A DNA stretch of 64,000 nt from Planctomycetota bacterium (lineage in GTDB: Bacteria; Planctomycetota; UBA1135; UBA2386): the NCBI GenBank assembly GCA_947501605.1, contig CANMWZ010000015.1, positions 1-64,000 on the forward strand, written 5' to 3'. Shown piece after piece: positions 51,368 through 59,260 of this stretch. Positions within the stretch are counted from its first letter, which is position 1, and each line of letters begins with the position of its first letter. Under the pieces are notes generated by a model. It made no database searches and was not told the origin of the DNA. It was given only the letters and a program-made list of their open reading frames with translations. A program made the position numbers and the translations under genes.

Positions 51368-53176
51368 TCAGCCGATCGGCGCGCTGGCCACGTTGGGCAC
51401 TTGGTGCAACAGCGTGATCAGGTCGCCGCCGGTCTTGCCGTCGAGCCAGTGCGCCTTCGCCAGTTCGAGGTCGAAGATCTCGGTCCAGAACCCGCCCTGC
51501 GCGAACGCCTCTTCGACCAGCGGGTAGGCCATCGTGCGCCAGTACGAGCGATAGCCAAACTTGTGCCTTCTGCGCTGCTGACGCCACTCCGGCAGGTTCT
51601 CGTCGCCGGGCTTCGACTCGGGTGCGGCGATCGCCGGCACGCGTCCCGAGCGCAGGTCCTCTTCGGTCACCTGGTCCTCGAACGGGAAGGCCGCCCACTC
51701 GGGCGCATTCTTCTTCGTGATGTAGCGATGCATCGGCTTGGTCACGAGTTCGTCCTCCGGCAGCGCGTAGCACGCGCGGATCATGTCCGGGCTCAGGAAC
51801 GGTGCTACCACGAGGCCCGTCTGCGAGTTGACGGTCGCCGAACCCCAGCGCCGGGTGTACTCGTTCAAGAACAGGTAATGCAACGGACCACGGCCGGTGA
51901 GCCCGTGCTCATGCGCCGCGCGATAGGCCTGCCGCAGGATCTCGCGCACCGAGTGGAACTGATCCTTCCGCAGATACACCGGCGCTTCGCGCAGCAGCAC
52001 GTCGAGCAGCAGCTCTTCGTAGCGCTCAGGCGGATGCTGGCCGGCGTCGATCTTGCGCGCGAAGTCGGCTTTGCCGATGCCGCCGTGTTGCCCCATCACG
52101 TTGACGACGCCGCCGTCGAGCTTGTCCTTGCCCTCGCGCGCCAGGAAGTTCTTGTGCTTCAGGGTCGCGAAGTTGCCACTCTGCCAGAGCAACGACTTCT
52201 GCAGGCTCGCGCGGCAGCCATCGACGGTGTCCGACGGCAAGCCGCCGCCTTCTTTGATCCGGATCTTGAGACCAGCGATGCGCGCCAGTTCGGCCGCGAT
52301 CATCACGTCGACATTGGTCGTGCTGCCGCGCACGCGCAGGTCGTAGTCGAAGCCGAGCACACGCAGACAGGAAACCACCGTTCGACTGTCCCAGCCACCC
52401 GAGAGGCCGACGCTGGGCTTGGTCCAGATCTCATTGGCATCGGTCAACAGGTTCATCATCGCGTTGCGGCCGAGCTCGAACGCGTCCTGCCGAGCCATCG
52501 GCAGCGGCTTGACCCAGCCGCGCACGACATCGATGACGTCGCGAGCTACTCGGTGTTCACGCAGCTCGATGCGACTGCCCCCCTTGACGTAGCGAACGCC
52601 GTGAAAACCGCTGCGCGCCTGTGGGAACCAGCCGGCAACCATGCGCACGGCCCAGTCCTCGGTCGACGGCCGCAGCACGACGCCGAGCGCGCGCATCGCC
52701 ATGACGCGGTTCGTCAAGACGTAGATCTCGTCGTCCTCGTACTCGAACAGCTGCGACTGCCCGAGGCCGTCGTTGTGGATCACGATGCCGCGTGGACCGC
52801 CGCATACGAGGGCTCCTGGCGGGATCATCGCCGCGAGCGTCGAGGCACGCTTTTGCTCGAGCAGTCGCGACAGGGCCAGGAGGATCTTGCCGTCCGCAGG
52901 CAGACCACCGCCGTCGCGAACGAGGCGCCGCGCGTTGAGCGGGTACTCGACCGCGAGGGCAAACTGATCGCCTTGCTCTTCCCAGAGCGGCACCCTCAGG
53001 CCCGCTACCGGCAACTCGAGCCAGGTGACGCACGCCGAACCGAAGGTCCGGTGGTGCACCGCTGGCAGCGGGTCAAACAGATGGCCGAACTGTTGAAGCA
53101 GCCGCGCGCCGATGCGATCGGCCGACAGCTCAGTGCGACGGGGATCCTTATGCTGCCAGATGAGTACGATGCGCAT
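51368..53176 (-). CDS. Asparagine-synthetase-like ATP-dependent amide ligase lacking the glutaminase Cys
   Basis: PP-loop VGLSGGWDSR, GQHGG and APFL; degenerate Ntn domain (NDGLG); N-terminus MRIV with no Cys2. Confidence 0.75.
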   Translation of the reverse strand: MRIVLIWQHKDPRRTELSADRIGARLLQQFGHLFDPLPAVHHRTFGSACVTWLELPVAGLRVPLWEEQGDQFALAVEYPLNARRLVRDGGGLPADGKILLALSRLLEQKRASTLAAMIPPGALVCGGPRGIVIHNDGLGQSQLFEYEDDEIYVLTNRVMAMRALGVVLRPSTEDWAVRMVAGWFPQARSGFHGVRYVKGGSRIELREHRVARDVIDVVRGWVKPLPMARQDAFELGRNAMMNLLTDANEIWTKPSVGLSGGWDSRTVVSCLRVLGFDYDLRVRGSTTNVDVMIAAELARIAGLKIRIKEGGGLPSDTVDGCRASLQKSLLWQSGNFATLKHKNFLAREGKDKLDGGVVNVMGQHGGIGKADFARKIDAGQHPPERYEELLLDVLLREAPVYLRKDQFHSVREILRQAYRAAHEHGLTGRGPLHYLFLNEYTRRWGSATVNSQTGLVVAPFLSPDMIRACYALPEDELVTKPMHRYITKKNAPEWAAFPFEDQVTEEDLRSGRVPAIAAPESKPGDENLPEWRQQRRRHKFGYRSYWRTMAYPLVEEAFAQGGFWTEIFDLELAKAHWLDGKTGGDLITLLHQVPNVASAPIG

Positions 53177-53262
53177 GAGTCAGAGAGAGTGCCCGCAACC
53201 TCCAGACCGTTCACCACAGTTTTTATCGTGTCCGGTTTGCGCGCGGATCGAAGAATACGCCG

Positions 53263-54408
53263 ATGCCCGATCTGTCCGCCGACAAGGTACTCGCCGCCCT
53301 CCGCACCGCAGGCTTCGACTTCGTCACTGGGGTGCCATGCTCGTACCTGACGCCGCTGATCGACGCGGTCATCGGCAGTCGCGACATGCGCTATGTGCCC
53401 GCTGCCAACGAAGGCGACGCCATCGCCATCGCGGCTGGGGCGGAGATCGCCGGGCGACCGTCGATCGTGATGTTCCAGAACTCGGGCCTCGGCAACGCAG
53501 TCAACCCGCTGACTTCGCTGACCTACACCTTTCGCCTACCCGTTCTGGTGCTCACCACGTGGCGCGGCGAGCCGGGCGGCGCCCACGATGAGCCACAGCA
53601 CGATCTCATGGGCGCGATCACGCCGACGATGCTCGAGTCGATGCAGGTGCCGTGGGAGCTGTTTCCCACCGATCCGAACGCGCTCGCTGCGGCGCTGCAG
53701 CGGGCGAGGGCCCACATGCAGAAGGAAGGGCGGCCGTACGCGCTGATCCTGCAGAAGGGCACGATCCAGGCGATCGGCGGGGACCTGCCGCGCACGCCGG
53801 AGCGCGTCGTGCACGCCCGCGTCGACGGCGCCTTTACCGCGGACCAGCGACTCGACCCCGACGCGGCGCTGCAGGTGCTGGTCGACGCCAGCGGCGGCCA
53901 GGACGTGATCGTCACGACCACCGGCTACTGCGGCCGCGCACTGTATGCACTCGGCGACCGCGAGAACCACTTCTACATGGTCGGCTCGATGGGCTGCGCC
54001 AGCAGCTTTGCGCTCGGCATCGCCATCGCACGACCGGACCGACGGGTGATCGTTGCCGACGGCGACGGGGCGTTGCTCATGCGCCTCTCGGCGCTGGCGA
54101 CGATCGGCGTCGAGTGCCCCAACAACCTCGTCCACGTGCTGCTCGACAACGGCGTGCACGACTCGACCGGCGCGCAGGCGACGGTGTCACCGGCTGTGGA
54201 TCTGGCCATGGTTGCCGCCGCGTGCGGCTATCCGTGCGCCATCCGCGCCACCGACGCCACCGCACTGCGAACGGCGATCGACGGCGCCCGCGGCCAGCTC
54301 GCCTTCGTGCACGTGCGCACCAATCCACGGCGCCAGGGCGCGTTGCCACGTCCCAAGGAGACGCCACCGGAGATCGCCGCCCGCCTACGCAAACTGCTGC
54401 GGCGCTAA
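53263..54408 (+). CDS. aepY: Phosphonopyruvate decarboxylase
   Basis: GVPCSYL, AANEG.A, QNSGLGNAVNPLTSL, WRGEPG..DEPQH, TTGY..R.L, FYMVGSMGCA, DGDGALLM, NGVHDSTGAQ. Confidence 0.92.
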   Translation: MPDLSADKVLAALRTAGFDFVTGVPCSYLTPLIDAVIGSRDMRYVPAANEGDAIAIAAGAEIAGRPSIVMFQNSGLGNAVNPLTSLTYTFRLPVLVLTTWRGEPGGAHDEPQHDLMGAITPTMLESMQVPWELFPTDPNALAAALQRARAHMQKEGRPYALILQKGTIQAIGGDLPRTPERVVHARVDGAFTADQRLDPDAALQVLVDASGGQDVIVTTTGYCGRALYALGDRENHFYMVGSMGCASSFALGIAIARPDRRVIVADGDGALLMRLSALATIGVECPNNLVHVLLDNGVHDSTGAQATVSPAVDLAMVAAACGYPCAIRATDATALRTAIDGARGQLAFVHVRTNPRRQGALPRPKETPPEIAARLRKLLRR

Positions 54409-54460
54409 ACCCAGTGGAGTTACTGAACCCAGTGAGTGACTGAACCCAGTGGAGTTACTG
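54408..54460. repeat. Three tandem 17-18 bp palindromic units filling the aepY/phnW gap
   Basis: aacccagtggagttactg, aacccagtgagtgactg, aacccagtggagttactg. Confidence 0.9.
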
Positions 54461-54463
54461 GCG

Positions 54464-55594
54464 CTACGAAGCGCGCGCCGACGGATCGAAACCCATCGCC
54501 CGCGCCGTGGCCGCGATCGCGGCGAGCAGCGCACTCACGTCCATCGCGCCGATTCGACCGATGTTGCCGACGCGAAAGCATGGCTCCGCCGTCAGCTTGC
54601 CCGGATAGATCACGAAGCCGAGGTCCGATAGGCGCCGGTAGAAATCTTCGAACACAAAGCGCGCGTCGCGAGGGTAGCGGAAGGTCGCGATGATCGGTCC
54701 TTGCACAGCCGCCGGCAGGTAGCTCTCGAAGCCCAGCGCCGTCATGCCCGCGAGCAGTACCTGTTGGTTCTCGCGATACCGCAGGCCGCGGCCGGCGACT
54801 CCGCCCTCGGCATCGAGTTCGTCGAGGGCCCGCGAGAACGCCAGCAACGCATGCACTGGCGGCGTGAAGCGAAACTGGCCGTCCTGTTCGAGCCCGCGCC
54901 ACTGCGCGAACAGATCCAACGCGACGGTGCGGGACTTGCCTTCGCATGCCAGCAGCGCCGCTCGGTTGCACAGCACAAACACGAACCCTGGCACACCCTC
55001 GATGCACTTGTTCGAGGAGGACACCAGGAAATCGGCGCCGAGCGTGCGTAGATCGACCGGAACGGCGCCGAACGCGCTCATCGAGTCGACCAACAGGCGG
55101 CGGCCATGCGCGGTCACCGCTCGGGCGATGGCCTCGATCGGGTTCATCAGTCCCGCGGTGGTCTCGCAATGCACGACCGACACATGCGTGATCGCCGGGT
55201 CCACAGCGAGCAGGGCCGCCACGTCCGCGTCCGAAAACGCGGTGTCCTCGCGCCGCCGTTCCTCGTGCACTGCGATCCCATGCACTCGCGCGATGTGCGC
55301 AATGCGGGCACCGTAGGCGCCATTGACCAGAGCCAGTAGCTTGCCGTCAGGCGGGATCGCGCACGAGATCATGGCCTCGATGCCGTAGGTGCCGCTGCCC
55401 TGCAGGATGACGGTCTCGAAGCCAAGGTCTTGGCGGACGTTGGCCAGCGCCAACAGCCGCCGACGAACGGAACGGACAACCTCGACGAACTCGCGATCGC
55501 GCGAGCCGAGGTCGCGCAGCATGGCCTGCTTGACCGTGGCGCTGGTCGTCAATGGCCCAGGCGTGAACAGGAGCTTGTCGGCAGGCGTGGTCAC
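54464..55594 (-). CDS. phnW: 2-aminoethylphosphonate--pyruvate transaminase (PhnW/AepZ)
   Basis: KLLFTPGPLTTS.TVKQAML.DLGSRD, QGSGT, NGAYG.R, VHCETT.G..NP, DSMSAFG, SSNKCIEGVPG, QFRFTPP, IYPGK. Confidence 0.93.
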   Translation of the reverse strand: MTTPADKLLFTPGPLTTSATVKQAMLRDLGSRDREFVEVVRSVRRRLLALANVRQDLGFETVILQGSGTYGIEAMISCAIPPDGKLLALVNGAYGARIAHIARVHGIAVHEERRREDTAFSDADVAALLAVDPAITHVSVVHCETTAGLMNPIEAIARAVTAHGRRLLVDSMSAFGAVPVDLRTLGADFLVSSSNKCIEGVPGFVFVLCNRAALLACEGKSRTVALDLFAQWRGLEQDGQFRFTPPVHALLAFSRALDELDAEGGVAGRGLRYRENQQVLLAGMTALGFESYLPAAVQGPIIATFRYPRDARFVFEDFYRRLSDLGFVIYPGKLTAEPCFRVGNIGRIGAMDVSALLAAIAATARAMGFDPSARAS

Positions 55595-55712
55595 GTAGAC
55601 AGAGAACCTCACGATCACCAGAAGTGCCAGCACCGAGCCAGAAGGACCACAGGCAGGCCTCTGGGATCATGGCGGCCAAGACGTTTCGCCGGCACGATGC
55701 GAACTACCGCCA

Positions 55713-55735
55713 GTCCGCATGTCCGCATGTCCGCA
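55713..55735. repeat. 8-bp tandem repeat in the phnW/pstS divergent promoter region
   Basis: gtccgcat x2 plus gtccgca. Confidence 0.85.
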
Positions 55736-55753
55736 ATCCAGGCAGTGCCGCCG

Positions 55754-55768
55754 TGGCACATGGGTTGC
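55754..55768 (+). promoter_or_regulatory. Candidate sigma-54 (-24/-12) promoter upstream of the pstS-like gene
   Basis: TGGCAC-atggg-TTGC matches TGGCAC-N5-TTGC, 14 nt before the ATG. Confidence 0.55.
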
Positions 55769-55782
55769 CTCTGCTTCGCACC

Positions 55783-56607
55783 ATGCCCCCATCCAAGTGG
55801 TTCTTCTGCGCTAGTTCCGCCGCCCTCCTGCTGATGTTCGGCTGCAACAAGAACCAAGCGGTCCGTTTCGTGATTACGGGCAGCAGCACGTGCCAGCCGG
55901 TGCTGCAAGAGGTCACCGCAAGGCTCGAGCAGCGCGACCCGAGTGTGCGGTTTCAGGTCGAAGCCGGCGGCAGCGGTCGCGGCATCACGGACGCCAAAAC
56001 CAGGAAGGCGCAAGCTGGCATGGCCTCGCGCGACCTGTTGCCCGCCGAACTGGAAGGACTGACGGTGGTGCCGTTCGCCCGCGACGGCGTGACCATCGTC
56101 GCCCACGCCAGTCGCAACCTCGCGGCCGTGACCAGCGAGCAGGTGAAGGCGATCTACACCGGCAAGTTGACCAACTGGAAGGAACTCGGCGGGCCCGATG
56201 CAAAGATCACCGTAGTGAACAAGGCCGAAGGCCGCGCGACGCTCGAGGTCTTCCTGCAGAAGTTCAAGCTCAAGAACAGCGAGATCAAGGCCGACGTTGT
56301 GGTCGGCGACAACGCGCAATGCGTGCGCCTCGTCACCGGCGACGAGCATGCGATCGGCTACCTGTCGATCGGCGAAGCGCTGCGCGCAGTCGAACGCAAG
56401 GAGCCCCTGCGACTCCTTGACCTCGATGGCGTCGCGGCGACGCTAGAGAACGTCCGCGACGGCTCCTTCCCGCTCGGTCGCTCGCTCTACCTGCTGTTCC
56501 CCGGCCAAGCGGACGCAGAAGGCCAACGCATCGTCGATTTCCTGGCCTCGCCCGAAGGCTCCGAACTCCTCTACGCCCAGGGCTTCGTGCCGCTGTCCGG
56601 CACCTGA
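55783..56607 (+). CDS. pstS: Phosphate ABC transporter substrate-binding lipoprotein (PstS-like)
   Basis: LMFGC lipobox; ITGSST, GGSGRG, GMASR, ARDGV, IYTGKLTNWKELGG, AIGYLS. Confidence 0.88.
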   Translation: MPPSKWFFCASSAALLLMFGCNKNQAVRFVITGSSTCQPVLQEVTARLEQRDPSVRFQVEAGGSGRGITDAKTRKAQAGMASRDLLPAELEGLTVVPFARDGVTIVAHASRNLAAVTSEQVKAIYTGKLTNWKELGGPDAKITVVNKAEGRATLEVFLQKFKLKNSEIKADVVVGDNAQCVRLVTGDEHAIGYLSIGEALRAVERKEPLRLLDLDGVAATLENVRDGSFPLGRSLYLLFPGQADAEGQRIVDFLASPEGSELLYAQGFVPLSGT

Positions 56608-56751
56608 TCGGCGTCGTCGAGCATCCAAGATCGCATCGTGGGCCGGTCGTGACTGTCCGCGGATCTGCCCCATGACCCATTGCTGCGAACTCCGGTGCCC
56701 ACGCCGCTCTGCTTACGGATGCGACCAAGAGCGCCAAGCAAGCCCAGCCCC

Positions 56752-57585
56752 ATGCCACGCCTAGCCAGTCTTCTGCTTGCAGGACTTGGGCTGCTCGCCG
56801 CGCTGGCAGCGCCGGCAGTGGCGATGTTCTTGCTGTGGCGGGCCTTCCCTCTGATCGGCGACGGTCACCTGCTCCGACTCGTCGACGACGAGTGGTTCCC
56901 GGGCGAGGGCAAGTTCGGCCTGCTGCCGCTCGTGGTCGGGACCGCGTCGACCGCCGGACTGGCGCTGCTGCTCGCCGTGCCGATCGGTCTCCTGTCAGCA
57001 GTCTGGGTGCGCTTTTATGCCGGGCCGCGCCGCGCGCGCCTTGCGGAGATGAGCCTCGGCGTGATCGCCGGTATGCCTTCGGTCGTGTTCGGACTCTTCG
57101 GCACGTTCTGGATCGTCCCGGCACTCGGCGCCTCGCTGGCCTCCGCGGCACTGGTTCTGGCGATGATGGTCGTTCCGTCCTTTGCGCTGTTCGCACTTGC
57201 CGCGCTGCGACAAGTGCCCGAGGGGCTGCTGCGCGATGGCCAAGCACTCGGCTTGCACAAGAGCCGCGTGATCCGCCACCTCGCGCTGCGAACGGCGCAG
57301 CCGGGCCTCATCGGTGCGGCCACCTTGGCCCTGGCAAGGGCGCTGGGCGAAGCGCTCGCCGTCGAGATGGTCGCCGGCAACGTGCCGAACTTCCCGGACT
57401 CCTTGCTCGCGCCGGTTCGCACGCTCACGACAACCTTGGTCCAAGAGTTCGAGTACGCACACGGGGCCCACGCTGGCGCCCTCCACCTCGTCGCCTTGGC
57501 GGTCGTCGCGCTGGCGAGCATGCTCGTCACCCTCGCCTTCAAGCTCGGCCACGGCCAGATTCACGCGGCTCCGGAGGCCGCATGA
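56752..57585 (+). CDS. pstC: Phosphate ABC transporter permease (PstC-like)
   Basis: W.P..GKFGLLPLVVGT, AGMPSVVFGLFG, LARALGEALAV.MVAGN. Start is 56752 or 56719. Confidence 0.88.
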   Translation: MPRLASLLLAGLGLLAALAAPAVAMFLLWRAFPLIGDGHLLRLVDDEWFPGEGKFGLLPLVVGTASTAGLALLLAVPIGLLSAVWVRFYAGPRRARLAEMSLGVIAGMPSVVFGLFGTFWIVPALGASLASAALVLAMMVVPSFALFALAALRQVPEGLLRDGQALGLHKSRVIRHLALRTAQPGLIGAATLALARALGEALAVEMVAGNVPNFPDSLLAPVRTLTTTLVQEFEYAHGAHAGALHLVALAVVALASMLVTLAFKLGHGQIHAAPEAA

Positions 57586-58397
57586 GCGCGCCACCGCTGA
57601 AGCTGCTCGCAACCGGCGCTGCGATCGCCGTTGCGGCGCTGTTCTCGCTGCTGATGCTCGACATCGCGGTCGAAGGTCTTCACGGCCTGCTGGCAACGGC
57701 GCTGCCGAAGACGACGACGACGACGGCCGACGAGGGCGGCGTCTTCGCGGCTCTGCTCTCGACCGTCTCGATCAGCGTGCTGGCTCTGCTGACCTCGCTG
57801 CCCGTGGCCCTTGGCTGTGCGTGGCTCGGGGTCGAGACCTTGGCGCGGCGGCCCCGCGTCGGCACCGCCCTCCGGCGTTCCCTGGACGTAGCCAGTGCAA
57901 CGCCATCGATCGCCATCGGCCTGGTCGGGTGGACGTTGTTCAGCAACAGCTTCGGACTCGGCTTTTCGCTGCTCGCCGGTGCCTTGACGCTGTCATTGAT
58001 GATTGCGCCGTTGATGGCCTCGGCGTTCTTGGCCGGCATCGACGCGCTGCCCGCGGCGTTGCGCGCGCAGTCCCTCGGACTGGGCGTGAGTCGCTGGAAC
58101 ACGTTCTGGCGGTTGCTGCTGCCGAGTTGCCGCCCGGCCATCGCCGCAGGCATCGTCTTGGCGCTCGGCCGCGCCACGGCGGAAACCGCGTGCCTGATCC
58201 TCACGTCCGGCATCTCGACGCGCTGGCCAGAGAGCATGGGCGATCCGGGGGCGACGCTCGCGGTCCACGTCTACCACCTCGCTCGCAACGTGCCCGACGG
58301 CGAGCCGCGGGCCTATTCTGCGGCCTTGCTGCTCGTCGTCGTCAACGCCTTGGTCCAGGTCGTGCTCGCGCGCTTGCGTCTCGGAGGCCCGCGATGA
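57582..58397 (+). CDS. pstA: Phosphate ABC transporter permease (PstA-like)
   Basis: ATGA overlap; GGVFAAL, TPSIAIGL, SLLAGALTL, LALGRATAETA, TLAVHVY. Confidence 0.88.
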   Translation: MSAPPLKLLATGAAIAVAALFSLLMLDIAVEGLHGLLATALPKTTTTTADEGGVFAALLSTVSISVLALLTSLPVALGCAWLGVETLARRPRVGTALRRSLDVASATPSIAIGLVGWTLFSNSFGLGFSLLAGALTLSLMIAPLMASAFLAGIDALPAALRAQSLGLGVSRWNTFWRLLLPSCRPAIAAGIVLALGRATAETACLILTSGISTRWPESMGDPGATLAVHVYHLARNVPDGEPRAYSAALLLVVVNALVQVVLARLRLGGPR

Positions 58398-59260
58398 TCC
58401 AGGTCCGCAAGCTCGGCGTCCGCTGCTGCGGGGCCCCGATCCTCGACGCTATCGACCTCGATCTGCCCGACCGCGGCATCGTCGTGCTGCTGGGCCCGTC
58501 TGGCTGCGGCAAGACCACGCTGCTCCGGTGCCTCATCCGCGAGGACGAAGAGGACCGAACACTGCTGGTGTCGGGTCGAGTCATGCTCGGCGGCGACGAC
58601 CTGCGCGACCCAAAGGTGCCGGTGGTCCGCGTGCGCCAGCAACTCGGGCTGGTGCCACAGCGGCCGTATCCATTTCCGGGCACGGCGTTCGAGAACGTCA
58701 CCTTCGCGCTGCGTCACACCACGAGACTGTCCACCGCCGAGATCGACGCACGGGCCCTGTCGGCACTGCAGGAGGCCGGGCTCGAACTCGCCCACCATCG
58801 CACCCAGGCCGACAAACTGAGCGGCGGCCAACTCAAGCGTCTCGCGGTCGCGCGCACGATTGCGCTCGATCCGGCCGTCCTGCTGATGGACGAGCCCACC
58901 AACGGACTCGACCCGCTCGCCGTCGTGCGCATCGAGATGCTGATGACTTCGTTGGCCGAGAACCGCCTCGTCGTCGTCGTCACCCACGATCTCCACCTGG
59001 CGCGGCGCATCGCCGACCAGGTGCACTTCCTGTGGCCGTTCCCTACCGGTGCGCGCCTGGTCGAGTCGGGCCCGCCGGATCGCGTGCTCGAATCGCCGGC
59101 ACATGCCGAAACCCAGCTCTTCGTCGCCGCCGCCTGGAATGGCGCAGCCGCTCTGTACGATGAGGACGACGAGATTGGTCCGCTACAACAGCGCTCGCAT
59201 CTGCGACCGCGACCGCTGCCACAGTCTGACTCCGACCACGACCGCATCGCCAAGCCATGA
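58394..59260 (+). CDS. pstB: Phosphate ABC transporter ATP-binding protein (PstB-like)
   Basis: GPSGCGKTT, QRPYPFP, LSGGQ, LLMDEP..LDP, VTH. Confidence 0.88.
   Translation: MIQVRKLGVRCCGAPILDAIDLDLPDRGIVVLLGPSGCGKTTLLRCLIREDEEDRTLLVSGRVMLGGDDLRDPKVPVVRVRQQLGLVPQRPYPFPGTAFENVTFALRHTTRLSTAEIDARALSALQEAGLELAHHRTQADKLSGGQLKRLAVARTIALDPAVLLMDEPTNGLDPLAVVRIEMLMTSLAENRLVVVVTHDLHLARRIADQVHFLWPFPTGARLVESGPPDRVLESPAHAETQLFVAAAWNGAAALYDEDDEIGPLQQRSHLRPRPLPQSDSDHDRIAKP

Noticed and set aside
51368..53176. Lasso peptide cyclase
   Set aside because: No B1/B2 (PqqD-like or transglutaminase-like) genes and no convincing precursor peptide nearby.
53263..54408. Sulfopyruvate decarboxylase (ComDE) as the alternative call
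   Set aside because: It is a fused single chain with the WRGEPG..DEPQH motif, and the adjacent AEP transaminase favours phosphonopyruvate decarboxylase.
54408..54460. CRISPR array
   Set aside because: The units are directly adjacent with no spacers, are too short, and no cas genes are present.
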